This document shows, piece after piece, positions 1 to 13,821 of a stretch of 64,000 nt of DNA (within the stretch, counting starts at the first letter, position 1; every line of letters begins with the position of its first letter). The notes under the pieces were generated by a model that saw only the letters and a list, made by a program, of their open reading frames with translations, was not told where the DNA came from and did no database searches. Both the position numbers and the translations under genes were made by a program. Source of the stretch: Octopus vulgaris (Eukaryota); the NCBI GenBank assembly GCA_951406725.2, contig OX597842.1:33356001-33420000 (forward strand), read 5' to 3'.

Positions 1-159
1 GGATAAAACAAATACGAGGCTGCAGGAGAAGCAATGGTGGTGGTGGTGGTGGTGGTGATGATGGGGGTGGTTTGGTGATAGAATTCAATGAGGGTAGATG
101 TAAGATTGGTCGGGTGGATTATAAGACTGTCGGCTACGTAGCTATTAGACGATGAAATG

Positions 160-206
<47 letters not shown>

Positions 207-775
207 TGTTGTTGTTGTTGTTGTTGTTGTTGTAGTTGAGGTGGTGGTGGTAGTGGTGTCCATGGTAATGGTGGTGTTGGTGATGGTGGTGGTGGTGGTG
301 GTAGTAGTGGAGGTGGTAGTAGTGGTTTGTGCATGGAACAGAGTGAGGGTAGATACGTGGTCAAGTGGGTCGGGTGGCTCAGGTGAGTACCTACGCTTCA
401 GTGATGAATTACTAGTGGTGGTCATGGGGGTCGTGGTAGTGATTGAGGTGGTGGTGGTAAGGGTGGTAGTAGTATTGTTCTTTTCAGTGGTGTTTGAGGA
501 TAGGTAGAGGATTTCAGTTCAGCCTGGATCAGTGGTCCTCAACCACAGTCCACGTGACTCCCTATGGGTCCACTTAAGATTTGGTGGTGGTGGTCGTGGC
601 GGCGGAGGGGTGAGTCCATGAAAGCAAAATAAGAAATCGGGAGTCCACAGCAGAATTTCTTTGTGGTAAGAAGTTCACTTCCCAACCACATGGTTCTGGG
701 TTCAGTCCCATTGCGTGACACCTTGGGCAAGCCTTGTGAGTGGATTTGGTTGACGGAAACTGAAAGAAGCCCGTC

Positions 776-818
<43 letters not shown>

Positions 819-999
819 TGTATATGTGTGTCTGCGTGTATCTATCTACATAAACGTGTGTGTATGTGCGTGTGTGTATATGTGTGTGTATGTGTGTGTG
901 TGTGTGTGTTGGTCCTCTCGCCATCGCTTGACAACCGTTGCTGGGGTGTTTATGTCCCTGTAACTTAGCAGTTTGGCAAAAGGGACAAACAGTAATATC

Positions 1000-1220
1000 A
1001 TCATCATCAACGTCACCCCAATGGCCACCCTTAATACGAGAGCACTCACAGACCCAGTTTCCGCCACCCTCGCCACCGGTATCATCACCACCACCACTGC
1101 CAGCATCATCATCATCATCAATGCCACCCCAACGGCCACCCTTATTACGAGAGCACTAACAGACCCAGTTTCCGCCACCTTCGCCACCGGCATCATCACC
1201 ACCACCACCACTGCCACTTC
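1000..1220. repeat. 111-bp direct duplication embedded in (CAT)/(CAC) repeats
   Basis: GACCCAGTTTCCGCCACC at 1051 and 1162, with matching flanks. Confidence 0.85.
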
Positions 1221-1271
1221 CACCATCACCATCATCATCATCGCCATTAGCATAGCAACCATCATCATTAC

Positions 1272-1306
<35 letters not shown>

Positions 1307-1552
1307 ACGTCATCACTATATTCTACACTGAATCTAACTAATTCGCCCTCCTCATTCTTTGACTCCATCTTGTCCCCTTTTTCTTCTCCCTCTCCTTGTG
1401 CCTACCTACAACCCCCTCGCCCCCTAGCATCCATTGACACGCATCACTGAACACACGTACATTGAACAGAAGTGATCAAACAGAAATTGGCGGGAGCCGA
1501 CGACGACGAAGACAACAACAACAAGCACAACTCTAAAAATACATATGATGAC

Positions 1553-1596
<44 letters not shown>

Positions 1597-2179
1597 GGAT
1601 GATGATGATGATGATGATGATTATGATGATGATGGTGGTGGTGGTGATGTTGATTAGAATGATGATGATGATGTTGAGGATGATGATGATGATGATGATG
1701 ATGATAATAATAATAATAATAGTAATGATGATGATGATGATGATGATGTTGATGATGGTGATGATGGTGATGATGATGATGATGATGATGTTGGTGGTGG
1801 TTGTGATGTTGATTATAATGATGATGATGATGATGACGATGATGATGACGATGATGATGACGATGATGATGATGACGATGATGATGACGATGATGATGAC
1901 GATGATGATGACGACGATGATGATGACGATGATGATGATGATGATGATGATGGTATCAAGAGCAGCCAAAAACAAATAAAAAACAAATAAACAAACTAAA
2001 TAAATGTAAAGGGTTCTTTTTCCCCTTCCAGTTCCGTCTTCGCACTTTCGCTCTGTCGCCTTCCCCACCCGCGCTGTATCCTTCCCTGTTTTTTCCTCTC
2101 CTTTCTTTCTCTCCATCCCATTTCTCAGTTTCCAGTCCATTTTTTTTTTATATTCTGTCGCATCCTTTTGCGATCTATC

Positions 2180-2244
<65 letters not shown>

Positions 2245-2538
2245 CCCCATCACCCTTGCCTTATTCTCCATCACCAAGAACCCTACACGAATTCCTTTCT
2301 ACACACTACTCTTTTACTCTTTTACGCTTTTACTTGTTTCAGTCAGTTGACTGCGGCCATGCTGGAGCACCGCCTTTTATAGTCGAGCAAATCGACCCCG
2401 GGACTTATTCTTTTGTAAGCCCAGTACTTATTCTATCGGTCTCTTTTGCCGAACCGCTAAGTGACAGGGACGTAAACACACCAACATCGGTTGTCAAGCA
2501 ATGCTAGGGGGACAAACACAGACACACAAACATACATG

Positions 2539-2608
<70 letters not shown>

Positions 2609-3182
2609 AACAATTATCGCCAAGCTAATATGGTAGTCCATAAATATAAGACTAAAGCTGCCGTTGATTAGCTCCAAGAGGTCATTGCCTCTAGCTAGCT
2701 ATATAACACACGCGCCTGTGTCCATATATATATATTGAAGAACCACAATTACTACTACTTCCTGTCCTGCCAACATGCTGAATTAAACCACACAACACAT
2801 GCTCTTAATCCCTTTGGATCTTAATACCTCAAGGTAATTTTTTCGTGAACAATCATAAAACTCAAGATACACAACGAACTCACAATGTATCGGAGTACTT
2901 ATTTTTTAATTTTTGTACATTTTTATCATTATTCTTTTGCAAAAAACAATACAATTTTCTTTTTTCCCCTTTCTAATTTTTAAAAAAACTTTTTAAAACA
3001 TAAATATTCTTGACAAGTCATACAATGACGAAAACCGGTTGAATAAATATATATTTATATTTTTTATCAATTTCTCATTTTATTATAATTTTCTTTCATT
3101 TGAGCATTCTGCATTTTTAAAAAATTTTTTCCTTACTTATCATTTCTCCACGTGCGGTCAACACAACCCCACCATTTATTGA

Positions 3183-3225
<43 letters not shown>

Positions 3226-3452
3226 TACCGCTAAATTTATTATGCAGTTACAGTACGTCCGAATAAAATACAAGATCGTCAGCGCTTTGCAAAGCCTTTG
3301 ATCTTTATGGCTGTCTATGTCTGGTCATTACCCGACCTAGGGCTAAAGAGCAGTAACAACGCCGGCAGTAGCAAACTCACACAGACTGACCAAGAGCGAG
3401 ATGATGACGAGAACTGGACAATAACAACATCATTGATAGCAACTACTACGAT

Positions 3453-3507
<55 letters not shown>

Positions 3508-3776
3508 GCAGGGGCGACGGGAGTGATACAAAGAACAGTAATAATGTATGGCGGGTCATGTGAAAGAACAGGCGCTATGGCGTTCATAACATCTCGTTAA
3601 GAGAATAACACAAGGAAGTGGAGAATGAGAAGGGGGCTGTGTTGGTTGCAGGAGGTGCCATAATGGTAATGGTGGTGGTGGTGGTGGCGGCGGCGGCGGT
3701 CGGAGAAAGTGACGTAAGTTGAGGTCAGTAAAACGTAGGTGGAAACCGAACCGGCGGAAAAGTTGGTTAGCGATAT

Positions 3777-3826
<50 letters not shown>

Positions 3827-3860
3827 TGTATGTATCTATCTATCTATATATCCATCCATT

Positions 3861-3898
<38 letters not shown>

Positions 3899-3909
3899 TA
3901 TATATATAC

Positions 3910-4312
3910 TTTACTCTTTTACTCTTTTACTTGTTTCAGTCATTTGACTGCGGCCATGCTGGAGCACCGCCTTTAGTCGAGCAAATCGACCCCGCGACTT
4001 ATTCTTTGTAAGCCCAGTACTTATTCTAGCGGTCTCTTTTGCCGAACCGCTAAGTGACGGGGACGTAAACACACCAGCATCGGTTGTCAAGCAATGCTAG
4101 GGGGACAAACACAGACACACAAACATATACACACACACTAATATATGTACATATATACGACAGGCTTCTTTCAGTTTCCGTCTACCAAATCCACTCACAA
4201 GGTATTGGTCGGCCCGAGGCTATAGCAGAAGACACTTGCCCAAGATGCCACGCAGTGGGACTGAACCCGAACCATGTGGTTGGTAGACAAGCTACTTACC
4301 ACACAGCCACTC

Positions 4313-4315
<3 letters not shown>
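3910..4315 (-). mobile_element. Dominant SINE, full-length
   Basis: Reverse complement of the same head, microsatellite and tail architecture. Confidence 0.9.
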
Positions 4316-4359
<44 letters not shown>

Positions 4360-4679
4360 ATAGAAATGGTACAACAAAAGAATGAAAGAGACCTCGATAT
4401 TATGTAAATAGACGAATTTATATGTAAATGTAATATGTGAGCGTTTTTTTCCGATGGCCGGATAACTGAAGAGATGGCGGCGTGGATTTCCACCTCGGCA
4501 TCCGGAACTCGGAGTTTTATCATGGCTACCGAATCAATATTTTCATATATTACATTTACTTTCTGCTTGACACTTGGTGGGAGTCGGCTAGTCGATTGAA
4601 TCGACCCCAGTATTCGACTGGTACTTATTTTATCGATTCCGAAGGATGAACCGCAAAGGCTACCTGGGCGGAATTTGAA

Positions 4680-5087
4680 CTAGAAATCATTTTAAAAAAC
4701 TGCCATTCAAACCGAAAAGACCCAAATATCTTACAAACTATAGCATTTTCTCAATAAAGCGAAGAGAAAAAGATGTTTTATAAACACATTCTACCAGTAT
4801 ACGAAGTTTAAAATGTTTTAGTTAGCTAGAAATTATGTTAAAAAACTGCCGTTCAAACCGAAAAGATCGCAGAATGTTTTCACCTCAATAGACGTCATTG
4901 ATTGGTTGAAATTGCAGAAATTGAAGAAGAAAAAAACAACAAATATCTTACAAACTATAGAATTTTCTCAATAAAGCCAAGAGAAAAAGATGTTTTATAA
5001 ACACATTCTACCAGTATACGAAGTTTAAAATGTTTTAGTTACCTAGAAATTATGTTAAAAACTGCCGGTCAAACCGAAAAGATTCCA
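4680..5087 (-). mobile_element. Tandem truncated copies of the 27.6-28.0 kb MITE end
   Basis: Three occurrences of AAAACTGCCRKTCAAACCGAAAAGA. 4871-5087 is the reverse complement of about 27612-27830. Confidence 0.75.
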
Positions 5088-5549
5088 ATGATATAAACGG
5101 AAAGAAAGTTTGCCGTATTTTCAGGACCATTGCTTGGATATAGAATTGGGGCAGAGAAAGTTCGTTTTGCCAGGGTTTAAAGAGACAAAGCGATCGTTTT
5201 CGGTTCCGTCTTGCGACTTTCTAACAGCTAACAGCTAATCATCCATCGTCGAATCTTACTCAAAGATGGTTGCCTTATGTATCGAGAAAGATAAGGAATT
5301 ACAACTCCCATGTCGCTTCCGATACGAATCAAAGAGAATCAAAGCAGTTTATGATTGATATTGGTGGGTCAGAGGTCAGAAGTGCACCGAGGTCATGATT
5401 GTCTAAGCCCGTCTGACTGTCTCAGATAATTATGGCTTCTAAGAAAATACACAATGACCATTTATCTGGGTGGCGACAGAACGGACAGAGGAGGTGGAGT
5501 GTGGAATCGATCGAGATCCAACTCAGGGTATTACTGGTACTTCATCACT

Positions 5550-6830
5550 TCAACCCCACAACGATGAAAGATACAGTGTTAGTCTTCTATTATAATTCCA
5601 CTGACATCTTGGATGTTTGATAAGAATATTAAATCTACCCCAGTATATCACTGCTACTTTATTTTATCCACCCCACAACAATGAAAGATAAAGTTAGTGT
5701 TAGTCTTCTATTATAATTCCATTGACATCTTGGATGTTTTATAGGAATATTAAATCTACCCCAGTATATCACTGCTACTTTATTTTATCCAACCCCACAA
5801 CAATGAAAGATAAAGTTAGTGTTAGTCTTCTATTATAATTCCATTGACACCTCGGATGTTTTATAGGAATATTAAATCTACCCCAGTGTATCCCTGCTAC
5901 TTTATTTTATCAACCCCACAACAATGAAAGGTAAAGTTAGTGTTAGTCTTCTATTATAATTCCATTGACATCTTGGATGTTTTATAGGAATATTAAATCT
6001 ACCCCAGTATATCACTGCTACTTTATTTTATCAACCCCACAACAATGAAAGGTAAAGTTAGTGTTAGTCTTCTATTATAATTCCATTGACATCTTGGATG
6101 TTTTATAGGAATATTAAATCTACCCCAGTATATCACTGCTACTTTATTTTATCAACCCCACAACAATGAAAGGTAAAGTTAGTGTTAGTCTTCTATTATA
6201 ATTCCATTGACATCTTGGATGTTTTATAGGAATATTAAATCTACCCCAGTATATCACTGCTACTTTATTTTATCCAACCCCACAACAATGAAAGGTAAAG
6301 TTAGTGTTAGTCTTCTATTATAATTCCATTGACATCTTGGATGTTTTATAGGAATATTAAATCTACCCCAGTATATCACTGCTACTTTATTTTATCAACC
6401 CCACAACAATGAAAGGTAAAGTTAGTGTTAGTCTTCTATTATAATTCCATTGACATCTTGGATGTTTTATAGGAATATTAAATCTACCCCAGTATATCAC
6501 TGCTACTTTATTTTATCAACCCCACAACAATGAAAGATAAAGTTAGTGTTAGTCTTCTATTATAATTCCATTGACACCTCGGATGTTTTATAGGAATATT
6601 AAATCTACCCCAGTGTATCCCTGCTACTTTATGTTATCAACCCCACAACAATGAAAGGTAAAGTTAGTGTTAGTCTTCTATTATAATTCCATTGACATCT
6701 CAGATGTTTTATAGGAATATTAAATCTACCCGAGTATATCATTGCTACTTTATTTTATCCACTCCACAACAATGAAAGGTAAAGTTAGTGTTAGTCTTCT
6801 ATTATAATTCCGTTCATATCTAGGATATTT
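5550..6830. repeat. 119-120 bp tandem repeat, about 10.5 copies
   Basis: Near-identical units CAACCCCACAACAATGAAAGGTAAAGTTAGTGTTAGTCTTCTATTATAATTCCATTGACATCTTGGATG...CTACCCCAGTATATCACTGCTACTTTATTTTAT. Confidence 0.95.
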
Positions 6831-7140
6831 TACGGCAATGTTATATCTATCCCAGAATTTTACAGGTATAAAGATATTAAATCCACCCCAGAATTTTACA
6901 GGTATCATATCGTATCAACCCAACGATGAAATTAATCTTTGTTATGTTATAATAAGAATATTATATCTACCCCAGAATTTGTTAAATACTATATTTTATG
7001 AAACCCCTTGAAACCCAATATAAAAAATGAAACCCAGTTAGGTTATGAACTAAAAATATGAACCTTTCAAGTATATTTACCCTAGTTAGAAAAAACAGCT
7101 AAATGTCCCTCAAGCCACACAGAAACAGACACACGCACAA

Positions 7141-7173
<33 letters not shown>

Positions 7174-7872
7174 CACTCGCATAGACACACACGTTCACAA
7201 GCACACGACACAACTTTCTGTACGAAGACAGATAAGGAAGCACATCTTTGGTGATTCTCCCGATACGTATCAAAGATAGGCTGAACAATTTATGATGGAT
7301 TCTTGGAGGTGAAAGGGCGAGCATACAAGGCAGTTCTGTCTGTCTGCGATAATAGAGACCGGTTCCGTAAAACGTTTGAAGAGATCGAAGGAAGACTGAC
7401 CAGTGTGAAGTCCAGGCGAAAGGGGTCAAAACTTGATATCTTCAGGGCGTGAAAATAGCCATGAATAAAAATCAAAACCCCACTTTGTCTTGTCACTCTC
7501 ACTTACCCTCTCTCTCTCCCACATCTCTCTCTCTCTCTCAATTTCTCTTCCTTTCTTTCTCTCTTTTGTTTTCTCTCTCTCTCTTTATCTGTCTGGCTGT
7601 CTCTCTCTCTCGCTCGCTCTTTCGTCTTTCGATTTGTGCACTGCAAGTCCGCCATTTTGTGGCGAAGCATTGGCCGAAGATGTGCGTGTTTGTGTTTAAG
7701 TGTGTGTATGTATGTGTGCGCTTTTGTGCTTTTATATGTGTGTGTCTGTGTGTGCGACTGTATATAGGAGTGTGTGAGTGTATATAGATACGTGTGTGCA
7801 TATATAAATGTATATTTATATACATGTATGTATGTGCGTATATGTGTTCATATATATATGTAAATATATTAC

Positions 7873-7924
<52 letters not shown>

Positions 7925-7925
7925 T

Positions 7926-7956
<31 letters not shown>

Positions 7957-8110
7957 ATATAAATAGATAGATATAGATATATAGATATACACACAGGGAG
8001 ACGTATATACACGTGTATATATATGCACACGTGTGTGTATGCAGGTATACGATCATACATACATCTTGCACATACTATATATATATATATGTGTGTGAAT
8101 ATATATGTGT

Positions 8111-8160
<50 letters not shown>

Positions 8161-8278
8161 TACATATGTGTGTGTGTGTGTGTGACTAGTGTAGAGTGTT
8201 TGCGTGTGATCATCTGTGTATGTGTATGAGGGTCTTTGTATTTCTATGTGAGTGCGTGTGCATTATCTGTGAGTGCGT

Positions 8279-8346
<68 letters not shown>

Positions 8347-8449
8347 AAGAGAGAAAAGAATGACCCGGTGCGAGAACAAAAATGACTGTCTGATGCAAAG
8401 AATAAAAAGGGAGACGTTCCGGTTGGTCGGTCGATGGGATGGAGCTATT

Positions 8450-8985
8450 GTTCTTTAGCCCTAGGTCAATCTTGATCCACATACAGCACTGATCAAAGAT
8501 GCTGCAATTGTGACCATCCCAACTTTTATTCAGGCATAGTGTATCAAGGACTACATTATCCAATGTATAGTATAGGAGTTAGTATTAGTGGCTATAGTTG
8601 TTGTTTAGCCCTAGGTCAGTCCTGATCAGACAGACCTATTATCAAAGATGTTCCAGCTGTGACCATCACATCATTTATTCAGGCATAGTGTATCTAGGAC
8701 TACTTTATCTAATGTATAGTAGAGTAGTTAGTATTAGAGGCTGTAATTGTTGTTTAGCCCCAGGTCAGTCCTGATCCAGGCAGACCTATGATCAAAGATG
8801 TTCCTGTTGTGACCATCCCATCTTTTAAATTCAGGCATAGTGTATCTAGGACTACAGTATGGTATAGTAGTTAGTATTAGTGGTTATAGTTATTGTGGTT
8901 TAACCCCAGGTCAGGCCTGATCCAGACAGACCAACGATCAAAGATGTCCTAGCTGTGACCATCCCACCTTTTATTCAGGCAGAGT
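8450..8985. repeat. ~150-bp diverged tandem repeat, about 4 copies; inverted copies at about 39540-39800 and 55080-55145
   Basis: TTTAGCCCYAGGTCAGTCCTGATC...GATCAAAGATGTTCCAGCTGTGACCATCCCA...TTCAGGCATAGTGTATCTAGGACTAC recurs. Confidence 0.85.
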
Positions 8986-8995
8986 AGTAGTAGTA

Positions 8996-9061
<66 letters not shown>

Positions 9062-9123
9062 AAACAGGATATACATATCGTGCCAAACTGAAATAAAACT
9101 GTAATCTCAACACACAGGAGCTG

Positions 9124-9171
<48 letters not shown>

Positions 9172-9326
9172 GGATGTATATATATGTATGTACGTGTATG
9201 TATATGTGTACATATTTGTTTATGGAATGTTAATCCGCCGTCACGCTTAATCCGGTTTAAAGAGAAACGCGCAAAAGCGGTCACGGTTACGGACGAAAAG
9301 ATAGAACGGGGTGTGTGTATATATAT

Positions 9327-9380
<54 letters not shown>

Positions 9381-9785
9381 CCCGTTCTATCTTTTCGTAT
9401 ATATATATATATATATATATGAGCGTAGGTAAGACGGTGGACGGGTAAGACCAAGGTAGAAGCCGGGGGAGGGGTGGGGATTTAAGGTAGAGAAGAGAGA
9501 GAAAAACACAGGTGAGAGACGCAGGTAGGGTTGGAAGGTAGATTGGACGTCTGTGAGTACCCAAAGGACCCCGTTCGTCACCCTTCCTCTTCTCGTCCCA
9601 GCTCCTTCACCACTACTACCGGTACCATCAGTATCAGCAACAACAACAACAACAACAACACCTGACCGCTAACAAGAACAACACAAACACACACAGATAT
9701 AAATCAAAACAAACACCCATGTATACACAAACATACAGGTATATGTGTGTATATACACACACACATATATATATACATATATATA

Positions 9786-9837
<52 letters not shown>

Positions 9838-9838
<1 letters not shown>

Positions 9839-10398
9839 TACTCTTTTTACTCTTTTTAGTTGTTTCAGTCATTTGACTGCGGCCATGCTGGAGCACCGCC
9901 TTTAGTCGAGCAACTCGACCCCCGCAGGACTTATTCTTTTCTAAGCCCAGTACTTATTCTATCGGCCTCTTTTGCCGAACCGCTAAGTTACGGGGACGTA
10001 AACACACCAGTATCGGTTGTCAAGCAATGCTAGGGGGACAAACACAGACACACAAACATACACGCACACACATATATATATATATATACATATATACGAC
10101 GGGCTTCTTTCTGTTTCCGTCTACCAAACCCACACACAAGGCTTTGGTCGGACCGAGGCTATAGCAGAAGACACTTGCCCAAGATGCCACGCAGTGGGAC
10201 TGAACCCGGAACCATGTGGTTGGTAAGCAAGCTACTTACCACACAGCCACTCCTACGACGGTCTTCGTCTACCAAATCCACTCATAAAGCTATTGTCTGC
10301 CTAAGACTATAGTAGAAGACACTTGCCCAAGGTGCCACGCAGTGGGACTGAACCCAGAACTGTGTGGTTGGTAAGCAAGCTACTTATCACACAGCCAC
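9838..10398 (-). mobile_element. Dominant SINE, full-length plus duplicated head
   Basis: Full copy at about 9838-10256 and a second 5' half at about 10257-10398. Confidence 0.88.
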
Positions 10399-11273
10399 AG
10401 GCGTAGCTGTGTGGTAAGAAGCTTGCTTCTCAACCACATGGTTCTGGGTTCAGTCCCACTGCGTGGCATCTTCAGCACTTTATTTCACATTGCTCCAGTC
10501 CACTCAGCTGGCAAAAATGAGTTGTACCAGTAATTTCAAAGGGCTAGCCTTGTCACACTCTTCTTCACGCCGAATCTTCCCGAGCAATACGTGGAGCTCT
10601 CAGCCACTTGCACGTTAATTTTACGAGCAGGCTTTTCCGTTGATCGGAGCAACAGGAACTCTCGAGGTCGTAACCGACGGAGAACCACGATGGATGTGTG
10701 TGTGTATGTATGTATAAGAGTGTATGTCTAAATATGAATGTATGTTAATGTGTTTGTACTTATAAGTGTATGAGTATACAGTTGGTGTGTTTACGAACCC
10801 GTGACTTAACGGTTCGGTAACAAAAACCGATAGAATATGTACTCGGCTTAAAACGAATGTCTTGGGGTCGATTTCTTCGACTACGAAAACCCCTTTAAGG
10901 CAGTGTTCCAGCATGGCCGCAGCTTAATAACTAAAACATATAAAAGAATGTGTGTGTGTGTGTGTATGTGTGAGTGTGTGTGTGGGGGGGCGGGCGGGGT
11001 TCGAAGAGGCGTGGCTGTTAAACAATAGGATGGAAGTTCAGGTAAAGCAGTGTCTGATATACAAAAGAAAAATAAAGGGGCCGTTTTATATATATATATA
11101 AAAAAAGGGGGTACCCCCACTGAGTGATACAGCGGATGGATCAGTGAAATTTTGTCGGTATTCAAGGGCCTTATTGTGGAATGGTGATATGGGTGAATGG
11201 GTAGATGGATGGATGGATGGATGGGTGGGAGCAGATAAAGATATATATTGATAGGTGGATGGACAGATTGAAG

Positions 11274-11330
<57 letters not shown>

Positions 11331-11441
11331 TGACAGACAGGTATATATATATATAGGTAGATGAGATTGATGTGTGGATAGACAGACAGATATATATATA
11401 CATATATGTAGGAAGATGGGATGGATGGGGGAATAGATATT

Positions 11442-11548
<107 letters not shown>

Positions 11549-11772
11549 TGATAGATAGATAGATGCATATGTTTCTTTATTAGCCATACAGGGTTGCACA
11601 CAGATGGGACAAATTACAAGGTAGAGCTTTTCTTTTTGGGAATGAAAAAAAAAAGATAGATAGATAGATTTTCGCATGAAACCAACGGTAGCGAAATTTT
11701 TCTACAAAATAGTGTGCGTATATGTATATACATTTCTCATAACTACCATTAGCACTAAAAACGTAAACTATA

Positions 11773-11934
11773 GGCGTAGGAGTGGCTGTGTGGTAAGTAG
11801 CTTGCTTACGAACCACATGGTTCCGGGTTCAGTCCCACTGCGTGGTACCTTGGCCAAGTGTCTTCTACTATAGCCTCGGGCCAACCAAAGCCTTGTGAGT
11901 GGATTTGGTAGACGCAAAATGAAAGAAGCTCGTC

Positions 11935-12012
<78 letters not shown>

Positions 12013-12468
12013 CGGAAAGTTTACGAAAATAAACAAAAGGCAGGTGGATTACAAACAAACAAATGTATAAATATAACGCTCAGGAATAGAAAAAGTCTTT
12101 TACGTTTCGAGCCTACGCTCTTCTACAGAAAAGGACACAGAAAGAAACAAGGAGAGAAAAAAGGAGAGAAAAAAAGGAGAGAGAAAAAAGGAGAGAAAAA
12201 AAGGAGAAAAAAAAGGAGAGAAAAACATATTTATATGTGTGTGTGTGTGTGTGTGTGTGTTTGTGTTTGTCTCCCCCCACAACATCATTTGACAACCGAT
12301 GCTGGTGTGTGTACGTCCCCGTAACTTAGCGGTTCGGCAAAAAGATACCGATAGAATAAGTACTAGGCTTACAAAAGAATAAGTCCTGCGGGGGTCGATC
12401 TGCTCGACTAAAAAGGCGGTGCTCCAGCATGGCCGCAGTCAGACGACTGAAACAAGTAAAGGAGTAAC
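11773..12468 (+). mobile_element. Dominant SINE split by a PLE-like insertion in its internal (TA)n
   Basis: Head 11773-11937, (TA)n, foreign fragment at about 12011-12230, tail at about 12255-12468. Confidence 0.85.
12097..12133 (-). ncRNA. Minimal hammerhead-like motif with CUGUAGA core (same family as 46441)
   Basis: Minus: CTTTT-CTGTAGA-A-GAGC GTAG GCTC-GAAAC GTA-AAAG. The host fragment (about 12011-12230) is homologous to 46380-46570 and sits in the internal (TA)n of a SINE. Confidence 0.68.
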
Positions 12469-12563
12469 AACCGAACCTCTGTCTTCCCACGACATACGTT
12501 CTAACCGAAATGTTCGACCTATATATACGTATTAAATGCACACGAGGAGAGGTGTAAGTATAT

Positions 12564-12599
<36 letters not shown>

Positions 12600-12824
12600 A
12601 ACACGTGTATTTCTGTAGTTTATTTAGGACTCAGTCTGACTAGCCGCCACTCTCTGTTTTATTCAGACTCTTTATTTTCGATTTCTCGTCCCTTTTCCTT
12701 CCTTTTCTTCCTTTTTTTTTTTTGTTTATTTGTTTTTTTTTAAGGGGGTGGGTATCCGGGTACATTGTTTAAAATGAAAAGCTAGAAAGATCGTTTCAGT
12801 ACAGTTAATCATGCGTGAAACGTA

Positions 12825-12883
<59 letters not shown>

Positions 12884-13821
12884 CCTAATATATATGCATA
12901 CACACATACACACACACATCCTAATATATATGCGTATACACACACATACACACATATATATATATACACGTGTATATACACACGTGTATGTTGGTGCAGA
13001 TGAAACCCGCATGCATGCAAATATATTTATATACACACATATTCGTGTATGTCAACATATATATATATACATACATGCACACATAATCCTCTATGTCAAC
13101 GTATATATATATATATATACATCCACAAACACATGTATATATACATATTTGATTCAATGTATAGCAGACAGTTTTATTAGACATACATCATGTGTGTGTG
13201 TGTGTGTATATATATGTGTGTGTGTGTGTATGTGTGTATGTGTGTGTGTGTGTGTGTATATATATATGTGTGTGTGTGTATATATATATATATATGTGTG
13301 TGTGTATATATGTGTGTGTGTGTATATACATATATATATGTGTGTGTGTATATATATATATATATGTGTGTGTATATATGTGTGTGTGTGTATATATATA
13401 TATGTGTGTGTGTGTGTGAGTGTGTGTGTGTGTAAGGCATGACAGTATCTCACCCCTCCCTCTCTCTCTCTCTCTTCAGCTTCACCTCCTCATTGTTTCT
13501 GCTCATAGCTTCTCCTCAGCCCCTCCACCATACGACCCCTCGTCCGGCCCTTCATCCGGCCCCACTCATACCTCCCACCCCAATGCTCCCACTAACAACA
13601 GGGCCCTTTTAATATATGTAAACTGTGACTACCACAACAACATCAACAACAGCCACGATATGTCCACATGAACAATTAAGACCTTTAAACGTACCCCGCT
13701 AGGGGGCACTGGAGTGGAAAATAGCATAAATAAAGATGAAGTGATTGCACGGAGGGGATTGCTATGATGGGGGTGGTGAAGGTTCTCCTTTCTGCTTCTC
13801 CTGCTTTGCAGGCAGTTCTAT

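Noticed and set aside
973-1341. Repeat-containing protein ORF (TRALTDPVSAT twice)
   Set aside because: Explained by a 111-bp duplication inside trinucleotide repeats; the ORF start lies in a SINE fragment.
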